Source of the DNA: the human T2T-CHM13v2.0 reference genome, Homo sapiens
Length of the DNA stretch: 64,000 nucleotides
NCBI RefSeq assembly: GCF_009914755.1
Contig: NC_060926.1
Strand: one strand, 5' to 3'
The position numbers and the translations under genes are program-made. Shown piece by piece: positions 1 to 12,619 of this stretch (position 1 is the first letter of the stretch; every line of letters begins with the position of its first letter). The notes beneath the pieces are model-generated. The model did no database searches. It saw only the letters and a list, made by a program, of their open reading frames with translations, and had not been told where the DNA came from.

Positions 1-39
1 GTAAAAGAAAGAGAGAGAGAAGCTGAGAGAGAACACAAG

Positions 40-1100
40 TCAGAGATGAAAAATTCAGGATATGACTACATATAAGAGATTTCAAAAGTCTCATGAAATT
101 ACTACGAACAACATTTGCCAATAATTTTACAAGTTAGAGAAATGGCAATATTATGGAAAAGTATACATTACCAGAATTGACTTACTTAAGAAGAAGAAAA
201 AGTAAACTTTAATCATTTATGAAAACAATAATTATTAATGAAATTAAATGAGTGGTAAAAAAAACTTTCATCCCTTCTCTTTCCCCCTATTTATTGAGGC
301 CCTACTATGTGTCAGACACTATGCTAGGCACTTGGGCTGATCAGTAAATGAAACGAAACAATAACAAAAATACTATATTTAAAGAGTTGAAATTCTAGTA
401 AGGGGAGACAACAATAAACTATTAAAAATAAGTTAATTATATAGAACATGGTAAGGGGTAGGGGTGAGTGGAGTGAGGTGGATATGAGTTCATAGTCTGA
501 CTGAGGTTTTAAATTGGAAGTCAGAGTACGCCCATCTATGCAGGGAGTTTCAGGAGGGAGGAAAATCACTCTGCTGATATCAGAGAAAGAGCACTACAAA
601 CAGAGGAAAGAGCTAGATCAGAATGGCAATGCAGGCAGTTGCCTCACATGCTCCCAGTACAGCAAAAGGACCAGTAACACTGGATCAGAGGGAATAGAAG
701 GGCAAGGAGGAGTAGAAGATGAGGTCAGATTGGTAAAAGAATTTTACTTGTAAATTTTCTGTAAACTGAAATGAAAAGATAATTCTTCACACCAGTTTCA
801 AAGAACAGATAAAAAAGGTTAAAAATCCAACCTTTTTATGAGACTGATTCAATCTTGACATGAAAATTAGATAAGTAGAGAACTAGATAATTATAGACCA
901 ATCATACTTATGAACATAGATAAAAAAAATTCTAATACAATATTGGGAAATCAAACGTAGCAGTGTGTCTAGATTTAATCTTGCCCAAGAAAAGATTTTC
1001 TTAAGAATGTAAGGCTGGTGTAACATCAGAAAAATTTAACAATGCAATATATTAATAAATTAAAGAATAAAAATATAATCACCTTAGCAGACTATCCATG
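40..1100 (+). mobile_element. Ancient L1M (L1ME-like) ORF2 fragments, interrupted by an L2
   Basis: Degenerate ORF2-like sequence (aagttagagaaatgg...; ttatagaccaatcatacttatgaacatagat...; aagaatgtaaggctggtgtaacatc) on both sides of the L2; boundaries approximate. Confidence 0.6.
287..750 (-). mobile_element. L2 3' fragment
   Basis: tatttattgaggccctactatgtgtcagacactatgctagg is the typical antisense L2 3' end. Confidence 0.7.
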
Positions 1101-1214
1101 TTAGTTACAATGGAAGTTGTACATGTACTAAACAATGTCACTTCCCCTTGCTATGGCTAGAATGGCTACTGCCCAGCTGAGTAACCCCATTTGTAAAGCA
1201 GCAGTAATGAACAT

Positions 1215-1587
1215 TTCCCCAGCTGCTGGGAGAGTCAGCTGCTGTTGGCTCACAGCTAACAATCTTTCTGGGAATTTCTCCCACCCAAAGGAGCTGCTTT
1301 GCCTGAGTTTATACATTTTTCCCAGTGTATCCTGCAATTAGTGACAGGTTGAGGCAGGGGTATAGGTTGAGTCCCAGCCCTCATCTCAGTGAAAGGTCAT
1401 CTTAGCTCCAGAGCTCTCTGAAGAATAGGCTGAGTGCTCTATTGCAACTTCATTGCAACTGACTTTCTCTTTATGCTTAACCCTCCTTCTGCACTCCCTT
1501 GCAAATTTTCTGGAGAACATGTTCCAAGAAACCTTCTTCATACAAAGCTGACTCAAAGCTGGTTTCCTAGGAGGCTTGACCAAAGAA
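1215..1587 (+). mobile_element. LTR16-like solo LTR (ERVL)
   Basis: cccagctgctgggag... motif and 3' end (aaaccttcttcatacaaagc...ggtttcctaggaggcttgaccaaaga) resemble LTR16C. Confidence 0.5.
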
Positions 1588-1874
1588 AAGTGCCCATCTT
1601 TTCTTGCCTTATCAGTACTCCATATTATGATGCATCTAACAAAGGACCTCATTTCATAAAAGATAAAGCAAGGTACAAAAGAGAAAGCATGATATTCACA
1701 GGCCATACCATATGTCCATCACATACTAGTAAGTGGCTTTAAGGAACAGTGGAATAGCCAATTGAACACTCAGTTACATCACAAGCTAAAAGACACCAAC
1801 TTGTGAAACAGATCCTCTCTCCTGAAAGATGTTTTATATGATGTTATTTCTCTCATGGCTTGAATATAGGATTG

Positions 1875-4198
1875 TGTATTAGTTTGTTTCAATGCTGCAG
1901 ATAAAGGCATGCCTGAGACTGGGAAGAAAAAGAGGTTTAATTGGACTTACAGTTCCACTTGGCTTGGGAGGCCTCAGAATCATGGCAGGGGGCAAAAGGC
2001 ACTTTTTACATGGCAGCGGCAAGAGAAAATGAGAAAGAAGCAGAAACAGAAAGTCCTGATAAACCCAACAGATCTCATGAGATTTATTCACTATCATGAG
2101 AACAGTACAGGAAAGACCCGTTCCCGTGATTCAGTTACCTCCCCCTGTGTCCCTCCCACACATGCAGGAATTCTGGGAGATACAATTTGAGTTGAGATTT
2201 GGGTGGGGACAGAGCTGAACCATATCATTCCACCCAGGCCCCTCCAAATCTCATGTCCTCTCATTTCAAAACCAATCATGCCTTCCCAACAGTCCCCCAA
2301 AGTCTTAATTCATTTCAACATTAACCCAAATGTCCACAGTCCAAAGTCTTATCTGAGACAAGGCAAGTCCCTTCTACCTACGAGCCTGTAAAATCAAGAG
2401 TAAGCTAGTTACTTCCTAGTTACAGTGGGAGTATAGATATTGGGTAAATATAGCCATTCCAAATGGGAGAAATTATCCAAAACAAAGGGGTTACAGGGCC
2501 CATAAAAGTCTGAAATACAGCAAGGCAGTCAAATTTTAAAGCTCCAAAATGATCTACTTTGACTCCAGGTATCATATCCAGATCATGCTGATGCAAGAGG
2601 TGGGTTCCCGTGGTCTTAGGCAGCTCTGCCCTTGTGGCTTTGCAGGGTACAGCCTCCCTCCTGGCTGCTTTCACAGGCTGGCATTGAGTGTCTATGGCTT
2701 TTCCAGGTGCATGGTGCAAGCTGCCAGTTGCATCTACCATTCTGGGGTCTGAAGGACAGTGGCCTTCTTCTCACAGCTCCACTGGGCAGTGCCCCAGTAG
2801 GGACTCTATCTCGGGGCTCCAACCCCATATTTCCCTTCCACACTGCCCTAGCAGGGGTTCTCCATGAGGGCCCCACCCCTGTAGCAAACTTTTGCCTGGG
2901 CATTCAGACATTTCCATACATCTTCTGAAATCTAAGCAGAGGTTCTCAAACCTCAATTCTTGACTTCTGTGCACTCGCAGGCTCAACACCACGTGGAAGC
3001 TGCCAAGGTTTGGTGCGTCCACCCTCTGAAGCCACAGACTGAGCTGTACATTGGCCCTTTTCATCCACATCTGGAGCAGCTGGGACACAGAGCATCTGGT
3101 CCCTAGGCTGCACACAGCATGGGGACCCTGGGCCCGGCACACAAAACCACATTTTCCTCCTGGGCCTCTAGGCCTGTGATGGGAGGGACTGCCATGAAGG
3201 TCTCTGACATGGCCTGGAGACATTTTCTCCACGGTTTTGGGGACTAACATTAGGCTCCTTGCGGCTTATGCAAATTTCTGCAGCCAGCTTGAATTTCTCC
3301 CCAGAAAATGGGTTTTTATTTTCTATTGCATAGTCAGGCTGCAAATTTTTCAAACTTTTATGCTTTTATAAACTTTTCAATTTTTCAAACTTTTATTTTA
3401 TGCTTTTAACTTTTATGCCTTATAAAACTGAATGCCTTTAACAGCACCAAAATCACCTCTTGAATGCTTGCTGCTTAGAAATTTCTTCCTCCAGATACCC
3501 TAAATCATCTCTCTCAGTTCAAACTTCCATAAATCTCTACGGCAAGGGCAAAATGCTGCCAGCCTCTTTGCTAACACATAACAAGGGTCACCTTTGCTCC
3601 ACTTCCCAACAAGTTCCTCATCTCCATCTGAGATCACCTCAGCCTGGATTTTATTGTCCATATCGCTATCAGCATTTTGGGCAAAGCCATTCAACAAGTC
3701 TCGAGGAAGTTGCAAACTTTCTCACATTTTCCTGTCTTCTGAATCCTTTAACCTGTTCCAATGTCTCCCGGTTACCCAGTTCCAAAGTCACTTCCACATT
3801 TTCAGGTATCTTTCCAGCAACACCCGCTCTACTGGTACAAATTTACTGTATTAGTCCATTTTCATACTGCTGATAAAGACATACCCAAGACTGGGAAGAA
3901 AAAGAGGTTTAATTGAACTTACAGTTCCACACGGCTGGGGAAGCCTCAGAATCATGGTGGGGAGCAAAAGGCAGTTCCTACATGGCTGCAGCAAGAGAAA
4001 ATGAAAAATAAGAAAAGCAGAAACCCCAGACAAAACATGAGCTCTCATGAGACTTATTCATTATCACCAGAATAGCACGGCAAAGACTGGCTCCCATGAT
4101 TCAATTACCTCCCCCTGGGTCCCTCCCACAACATGTGGAAATTCTGGGAGATACAATTTGGGTTGAGATTTGGGTGGGGACAAAGCCAAACCGTATCA
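1875..4198 (-). mobile_element. Full-length THE1A-type MaLR retroelement: 3'LTR 1875-2227, internal 2228-3846, 5'LTR 3847-4198
   Basis: Two ~350-bp direct LTRs tgtattag...tatca flanking ~1.6 kb THE1-int; 5-bp TSD gattg (1870-1874)/gactg (4199-4203); gagactgggaagaaaaagagg signature. Confidence 0.93.
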
Positions 4199-4487
4199 GA
4201 CTGTGATGGAAGGGATGGAAATTGGAGTGACACCACTCATTATTGCGACCAGGCACATATTTTTTACTTTTCATACAATGATTCTAGGTACTGCCATTTT
4301 AGAGAATTTAGTTCCTAAGGAAAGAAATGCTTTTGCCAGGGGCATAGCAATTTTTCTAGAGACTAAAAGTTAAGCATATCACCTTACCTATTTAGATTCA
4401 CATATAATTAAATGAACAAGAAAAAAAAGGAAGTATTGACTGTGGTGTGTAATAATGATTTATCAAGGTAAAATAAAGTTGCTGCAT

Positions 4488-4905
4488 ATGGTAGTTATCA
4501 CCAAGTTATTCCCAAATCTGTTTCTCCTCTTTTCAGGCATATGGTAGTGTTGCATCTCCCTGTGTCTTTGAATATAGTCATAGCCTTCTTGGCCTGGTAA
4601 CTTGAGCAAAGGCCCATGAAATGTGAGCAGAAATATTAAGATATGTTAAATAATTTGCCTTCTTCTACTTTTCTTGCATTAGTCATCAGGTAAGATTGTG
4701 TCAAGTTGGAGCATCCAACAGCCTGGGTTTCTGAGAGACTGTGATGAGCAGAGCCCCCTGCTGCCTCAGGTTAGTCCTATAACCTGAGCAACACTCACAT
4801 ATATAATAATTTATATATATACACGTGTATATATATATGCACATTTATATATACATATATAAATACATATATGCAAATGATTGTTTCTGTAACATAGTAG
4901 TTTAC
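4488..4905 (+). mobile_element. MLT1-type LTR containing a (TA)-rich insert
   Basis: ggcccatgaaatgtgagcagaa and cagcctgggtttctgagagactgtgatgagcagagccccc are MLT1H/I/J-like. Confidence 0.6.
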
Positions 4906-5164
4906 TTTAAAAAATAGACTACTATGCAATGGAAACAAGGAGAAGAACATTTGGAATCCTGGAGATAGTTTTTTTTTTTAATCGCTAAAAATAGTGTGAT
5001 AGCAACACCATCTAGGCAAGACTGCCAAGGACTCAGAGCCCTAGGAACTAAGAATTCAATTATCCTACTGGGTAGAGAACTCACATAAGGCATATGGAGC
5101 TGAGGGCAAATGGGGTATATTTGTATTTCAATATATATATTATATTTATGATTTGTATTTAAAC

Positions 5165-7557
5165 ATGTCATTCATTTATGATTAAAATTGTCAAGAATAA
5201 CTATATAAGGAAAATACCTCAACATAATAAAGGTAATGTATGACAAGGCTACAGCTAACATTATTCTCAATGGTGAAGAATTAAAAGCTTTTCCTCTAAC
5301 ATCAGGAACAACACAAAGATGCCCACTCTTACCACCTCTATCTAACATAGTACTAGAAATCCTAGCCAGAGCAATTAAGCAAGAAAAAGTAGTAAAAGGC
5401 ATGCATATAATAAAAGAAGAAGTGCAATTGTCATTGTTTGCTGGATGGATATGGACATAATCTTATATATAAAAAAACTCTAAAAATTTCTTTGGAAAAA
5501 TTATTGGAACTAATCAGTTCAGTAAAACTGCAGTTTACAAAACCAACAGGCAAAAATTAGTAGTGTTTCTAGACCCTAACAACGAGCAATTGAAATAATA
5601 AATTTAAAAACTACTTCCACATAATAGTACCAACAAAATAAAAGACTTAGGAGTAAATTTAATGAAGGAAGTAAAAGATGTGTACACTGAAAACTACAAA
5701 ATGTTGAGAAAAGAAATTGAAGAAGACACAAATAAATGGAAAGGTATTCCATGTTCATGGATTGGAAGAATTAATATTGTTAAAAAGTCCATACTACTGA
5801 AAGTTATCTATAGATTCAATGTAATTCCTATCAAAATCCCAATGTCATTTCCTACAGAAAGAGAAAAAAAAATTCCAACTCATATGGAATCAAGAAAAGA
5901 CTCTCAATATTCCAAGTAATCTTGAGCAAAAAGTACAAAGCTGGAGGCATCACACTTCCTGATTTCAAAATATGTCATAAAGCTATTGTAATCAAAATAG
6001 CATGGTACCCTCACAACAGAAACACTCCCACTAGTAGAACATGATATAAAGCCCAGAAATAAACCAAGGTATTTATAGTCAATTGATTTTTGACAAAAGT
6101 GCCAAAAATATACTATGAGGAACAGACAACCTCTTTAATACATGGTGGTGGGAAAACTATATATCCACATGCAGAATAATAAAATTAAATCTTTATCTCA
6201 CACCATATACAAAAATCAACTCAAAATAGATAAAAGACTGAAATGTATGATCTGACACTGTTATGTTACCAGAAGAACACATAGAAAAAGCTCTGAAACG
6301 TTGGTTTGGTTAGCGATTTTTTGGATAGGAGTCCAAAAGCACAGGCAACAAAACAAAAACAGGTAAATGAGACTGTGTTAAATGAAAAGCCTTCTGCACA
6401 GCAAAGGAATCAATTAACAAAGTGTAGATACCATACCAAGATTGTGAAAGAATATTTGCAAACCATATATCTTATAAGAGGCTAATAAACCAAAATATAT
6501 AAGGAACTCAAACAACTCAATAGTAAAAAAAAAAAAAACCCAGTTAAAAAATAGACAAAGGGTCTACACAGGCATTTCTCAAAAGAAGAGATGTTAAATA
6601 TATGTTTTAAATGTTCAACATCTCTAATCAGAGAAATTCAAATAGAAACCAGGATATCACTTCACACCAGTTAGAGTGGCTAATATCAAAAATGCAAATA
6701 ATAAGTGTTGGCAAGAATGTGGACAAAAGAGAACACTTGTATACTATTGATCAATATAAATTAGTACAGCAACTTTTGAAAGTAGTATGAAGATTCCTTT
6801 AAAAACTAAAAATAGAATTAGTAAATAATCTAGCAATTTTAGTTTTCAGTATATATGCAAAGGAATTGAAATTGTTATGTCAGAGAGAAGTCTGCATCAC
6901 CATATTCACTGCACTGTTATTCATAATAGCGAGGCTATGGAAGCAACATAAGTGTCCATCAACAGATAAATGACAGGGGAAATGTAGTATGTATAATGTA
7001 TGTACTTAAATTTTAATAAAAAGAAACCACAGCTGTTTCTATGATGCCAGTGGAACATGAGTCAGCCTTAAAAAGAAAGAAAATTCTGTCATTTGTGACA
7101 ACATTGAGAAACTAGAGGATATTATGCAAAGTGAAACAAGCCAGATACAGACAAATACTGCATGATCTTACTTATGTGTGGAATATTAAGTCTATCTTAA
7201 AATTAAAGAGTCTATCTCATAGAAACAGAGAGTAGAATGTTAGTTACCAGAGGCTGAGGGATGAGGAAGAGAAGAAATGGAATAGAGAAGATATTGATCA
7301 AAGGGTACAAAGTCTTGGATTGGAGGAAGAAGTTTTGGTGATCTATTGCATTGCATGGAGACCACAATTAATGTGTTATATATTTTTAAATTGCTAAAAG
7401 AATAGATTTTTAACATTCTCCCCACAAAAAAATGAGTTGGTGAGGTGACAGTTATATTAATTAGCTTAACTGAATATTCCTACAATGTATTTATAGATTA
7501 AAACATCACATTATACCTTATAAATACACATAATTATTATTTGTTAATTATAAATAG
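5165..7557 (+). mobile_element. 5'-truncated L1MA element (ORF2 RT/C-terminal remnant plus 3'UTR)
   Basis: Track ORFs 5236-5460 ([30 protein letters not shown]) and 5662-5919 are L1 ORF2; L1MA-type 3'UTR (ttaccagaggctg...aaagggtacaaag...aattagctt). Confidence 0.9.
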
Positions 7558-7812
7558 TAAATTGCAGAATAATACTTACAATACGATTCCATAGGTATGA
7601 AATTTTAAAACACAAAACTCATACTATATATTGTTTACCTTTGATACATGTGTACAAAAATGATTAAAAGATGAATGGGAAAGATGTACCAAATTCAGTG
7701 TAATGTGTCAATCATAAGCTTCTTTTTAATACAGGGGGTACGTATATGGAAGTTGGTTAGTTTTCTGTGTGTTTGAATACTTTAATATACTTAAATTTTA
7801 ATAAAAAGAAAC
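7558..7812 (+). mobile_element. Old L1ME-like 3'UTR fragment
   Basis: acaatacgattccat...aaattttaaaacacaaaac...atattgttt pattern ending in an A-rich tail. Confidence 0.45.
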
Positions 7813-7974
7813 CACAGCTGTTTCTACGATGCCCTCAGATTGCTAACAAATTTCACTTTGTGAATTGCATTATGGATCTTTCAATAATCTAAATGAAACA
7901 CTAGAATCTGGGGTTTATAAATTCCACCTAAAGACAATATTCTTAGTTAAAAACTTATGAACAGAACTTTCTCT

Positions 7975-9255
7975 CTTATTTTTTTGTTTACTTTTTTCTT
8001 CAACTTTTAGATACAAGAGGTACATGTGCAGGTTTGTTAGATGGGTATATTGAGTGATGCTGAAGTTTGGAGTACAAATGATCCTATCACCCAGGTGAGC
8101 ACAGTAACCCATAGGTAGTTTTACAATTCACACCCCCTCCCTCACCTCCCCACTCTAGTAGTCCCTAGTGTCTATTGTTCCCATGTTTATTTCCATGTGT
8201 GCTCAAGGTTCAGCTCCTATTTTTAAGTGAGAATGTGTGGTATTTGATTTTTTGTTCCTGTGTTAATTCGTTTAGGATTATGACCTCCAACTGCATCCAT
8301 GTTGCTGCAAAGGACAGGATTTTATTATTTTTATGGCTGTGTAGTATTCTGTGGTATATATGTACCATATTTTCTTTTTCCAGTCAACCATTGATGAGCA
8401 CCTAAGTTGATTCTATATCTTTGCTATTTCGAATAGCACAGTGGAGAACATACGAGTTCATGTGTCTTTTTGGTAGAATGAACTATTTTCCTTTGGGTAT
8501 ATACCCAGTAATGGGATTGCTGGGTCTAATGATAGCCTTGTTTTAATTTCTTTGAGGAATCTCCAAACTGCTTTCTACAGTGGCAGAACTAATTTACATT
8601 CCTACCAACAGTGTATAAGCATTCTTTTTTCTCTGTAGCCTTGCCAGCATCTATAGTTTTTTGGCTTTTTCATAATAGTCATTCTGACTGGTGTGAAATC
8701 TCATTGTGGTTTTGATTTGTATTTCTCTGATGATTCATGATACTAAGCTTTTTTTTACATGTTTGTTGGCTACTTGTATGTTTTCTTTTGAGAGATGTCT
8801 GTTCATGTCATTTGCCCATTTTTTTTCATGGAGTTATTTGTGGGGTTTTTTTGTGCTTTTGTTTGTTTGTTTGCTTGCTTGCTTGCTGATTTAAGTTCTC
8901 TATAGATTCTGGATATTAGGCCTTCATTAGATTCATAGTTTGCAAATACTTTCGCCCATTCTGTAGGTTGTCTATTTACTCTGTTGATAGTTTTATTTGC
9001 TGTGCAGAAGCTCTTTAGTTTAATTGGGTCTCACTTCTCAATTTTTGTTTTGTTTTCGATTGCTTTTTGGGGCTTAGCCAAAAATTATTTGCCAGTGCCA
9101 GTGTTGAGAAGAGTATTTCCTAAGTTTTCTCCTAGGATTTTTATAGTTTGAAGTCTTACATTTAAATCTTTGATGCATTTCGAGTTAATTTTTGTATATG
9201 GTGAAAGGTGGAGTTCAGCTTCATTCTTCAGCATATGGCTAGCCAGTTATTCCAA
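7975..9255 (-). mobile_element. 5'-truncated old primate L1 (L1PA13-16/L1PB-like) 3' end
   Basis: ggtacatgtgcaggtttgtt...gatgctgaagtttgg...atcacccagg 3'UTR followed by antisense ORF2 C-terminus. Confidence 0.88.
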
Positions 9256-9489
9256 TCTTAAACCCACTGAACTATAAAAAATAAGTCTTAGCCTGAGAAC
9301 TTACCTGTAGATGGGACTATCAAAAGGATCACCCAAATGTGGGAATTTCTGTTACAATCAATATCTGGTAGCATACTTAATTTACAGCTTTACAATCAAA
9401 GAATTGTAAAAGGAATTTTTAAAACAAAGTATTTTGCATTAAAATTAATAATCACAATGAGCTTTAACTTAATCACTGAATTAATCACA

Positions 9490-9605
9490 TTCATTTTGTG
9501 TTGTATACATTTGAGGTGTACAAAATGTGTTTTGAAACAGATATACATAATGAAATGATTACCACCGCCAAACAAATTCACAAATTCATCACTTTGATAG
9601 TTACC

Positions 9606-9636
<31 letters not shown>

Positions 9637-9725
9637 ATGTGTTTCTAAAATCTACTCAGTGAATTTTTGCTATACAGTACATTATCAACTACAGTCCTCT
9701 TGCTGTACATTAGATCTCTAAATTT
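9490..9725 (-). mobile_element. L1M 3' end fragment with (TG)n at 9608-9635
   Basis: ttgtatacatttgaggtgtacaa...atgattaccac...acattagatctcta. Confidence 0.65.
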
Positions 9726-9734
9726 GGCTCTGAA

Positions 9735-10160
9735 AATGGCCATGATGTAGTAAGGAAGAAAGACAATCACTGAATTCACAATTAGGAAACCCACATTTGA
9801 GTTATCTTTGGAAGTTCAGTGACTTTGACTAGGTTAACCTTTTTGATTGTCAGCATAGTTATCTAAATGGAAGAGATAATGTTACCAAAGTACCAAAGTA
9901 CTATGAAGAAAAATGTGTGACAAAAGATATAAATGTTTGTAAACACAACAAAAACTATTAATATTTACTAATTGATCATTATATGCTGAGTGTTTTTTCT
10001 GAACTTCTTAATTTTATCTTCACAATATTCTTATAAAAATGTTGGTGGTATAAACATTACCCCATTTCACCGATAGAGTATATGATAAGTCAAATCCCTT
10101 ACTGGTATTCCCGGCATTTGGGGGTGGATGGAGATTCACAATGAATCTAACTGCAAGCTC
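9735..10160. mobile_element. Two degenerate MIR fragments in opposite orientations
   Basis: gtgactttgactaggttaacc...atctaaatggaagagataat (+) and tcacaat...ccccatttcac (-) MIR-core-like motifs. Confidence 0.45.
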
Positions 10161-10695
10161 AGGGTAACAACAATAGACTGTATATTTGCAGTGTAAGGTA
10201 TTGTAAAATTATCAGGAGTTACTATACTAGCTTAAGTTTCCAGGGAGAGTTCCCACTTGGCATTTCTCCTTCTCTTGCTATCGTTATTATTTAAATTATG
10301 ATTTTTAGTTCATTTCATGCAAGTGTTCCTGGGCCATAAGAAGCCAGCAGAGAAAAGTCTGGAGCTTCATCGTTTATATCTGGGTACCTCATCTTTGGCA
10401 GTTTTGTACATTTTCTCCTCCATATCTCTATCAATTTCTTTCTTGCTTTTGTGCCGGCAACTGTGGATGTTTCTCTCCTCCTTACTCTCGGTTGATTTTG
10501 TCTTTTTATTTCATTTATGATTTCAGAAGCTGTTTTCCATAAGGGAACTTGGAAGTTTCTAAAGAAAAACTAATTTTCTCACAGTATCCCTCATCTCTTG
10601 CATGCGCTTGTTCTTGGGAACAGCAGGCTGCTTCACTTTCAGGTTCCAGCTACAGCTTTGTCACAGGGACCCAAGACTCTAAAACGAAAAGCAGC

Positions 10696-11000
<305 letters not shown>

Positions 11001-11753
11001 GAAAAGCAGCATCAAGACTGATCATACCTCCCAAATCAAACCACTACTGCCCATTTTTTTGAAAAATAAAATGTTAACAAACTTTTTCATTAATGTAATA
11101 AGGAAGTCCCTTGAGTTTTGTCATTTTTGTCATTTTTACACGAAGTGTCTCATGCAGGCTGAAATCCCACAAAGTGAGCATTTGAAATCAAACTGGTAAC
11201 GACTTCTTCTCTTGCAAGGCAAGTGTGAGTTGTGGTCATAGCTGGGTCAGATAACGTATCTGAGCTTCTGCCAGTACCAAACATCAGTCTGAGAGAGTTT
11301 AGATGTCTCCCAGGGGCAGGGCAGAGAAGAGTTCTGTGAAGAAGTCTGGATTAACATGATGGATATTTTTAGCTCATTGTGAACCAGAGTATGTCGGCAT
11401 GGCTTCACTCTTTTGTTTAAAGCAGCATTGCATAACACAAAATATTGGTCCCGTTACATATTTTGTGGGAAAGAGACTCTCTCCTGGAGATACACAGTTA
11501 TAGATTAACAAATAGAAAAAAAACTATAAAAAGCCCTTCTTTAAGGAGTCTATGCAGCTTTTAAACTTTTTTGATCTAAGAACGTATCTTTTCAAACCAT
11601 ATCTTTTAGTACTCTAAAATAATGTATTTGGGGGATTCCAGTTGCTCTCAGTGCCCAGATGTCAGACAACCATATTAAAATATAATTTTTTTATTACTTT
11701 TTTCTCAATAAGCTACCCACTGATTTTACATATCTCTACTTCTATTTATGAAA

Positions 11754-12020
11754 AATTAAATAATACCACAAATAATTATGTACTGCTATATATGTGTATG
11801 TATACATATTAAAATTTTATGTGTATTAAAATTTTACATTTATTAAAATAAAATTATATATTAAAATTTTAATACATAATAAAATTGTATATATATTAAA
11901 ATATATAATAAATTGTATATATTAAAATATATATAATTAAACAATATTACAAATAATTATGTAGTGTTATATATGTGTATGTGTGTATATATATGCACAC
12001 ACATGAAAATACATACACAT
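11754..12020. repeat. AT-rich low-complexity tract with degenerate tattaaaat units and duplicated flanks
   Basis: Directly visible. Confidence 0.8.
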
Positions 12021-12619
12021 GAATCTGGAGAGAGAGAATAAAACCTTTCATATCTGTCTAATTTTTAAAAATCTTTCCTCTTTAAATATATACTTATGCT
12101 TATTCCCTTTGCACCCTGCCTCTTTGGTTTATAGACGTCAGTAGATTCATTTATTTTCAATAATATGACATTGATTATAGAGACTTTTGAAATAATTTGA
12201 ATTACAATAAAAGCTAAGTTGCTTTTATTTTTCTGACTTTATACAAGGAGACACCAAAATTATTGGCTCAAATGAGGTACACTTCTTTTCTCTCTCGTGT
12301 AACTCTCTAGAACAAATAGATGATCTCTGCTCCATTATGTCATCCAGGAACCCAGGCTAGTGAGGCAGCTCTGCTATGCTCAATTTGGGGCTTCCACTTC
12401 TGTTCTAGTCATACCATTTCCAGATAAAGGGAAGGAAAGGGGGTAGAAAATACAGGGCAAGGACTTTGAAGAAGATAATCCAGAAGCTGCGTGTAGCCAT
12501 ACTTATCCTCACATCCCATTAGTGAGAATTTAGTCACATGGCCACACCTAGCTTCAAAGAAAGCCAGAAAATGTAGTTTATGGCTTAGTGACCATACAAC
12601 TAAGAAGAAAGGGAGAACA

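Larger units (their letters stand above)
1128..4485 (+). mobile_element. ERVL-class internal fragment (integrase to dUTPase region), interrupted by an LTR16-like LTR and THE1A
   Basis: 1130-1210 resembles the HERVL integrase N-terminal region; 1630-1790 (gcatctaacaaaggacctcatttc, gaacagtggaatagcc) resembles the integrase core; 4290-4480 (ttagttcctaagg...aaagttaag...tatcaagg) resembles the ERVL dUTPase region. Confidence 0.6.

Noticed and set aside
2203-3873. Dense overlapping ORFs on both strands
   Set aside because: They lie in THE1 internal sequence, a non-autonomous MaLR region; no intact recognisable protein.
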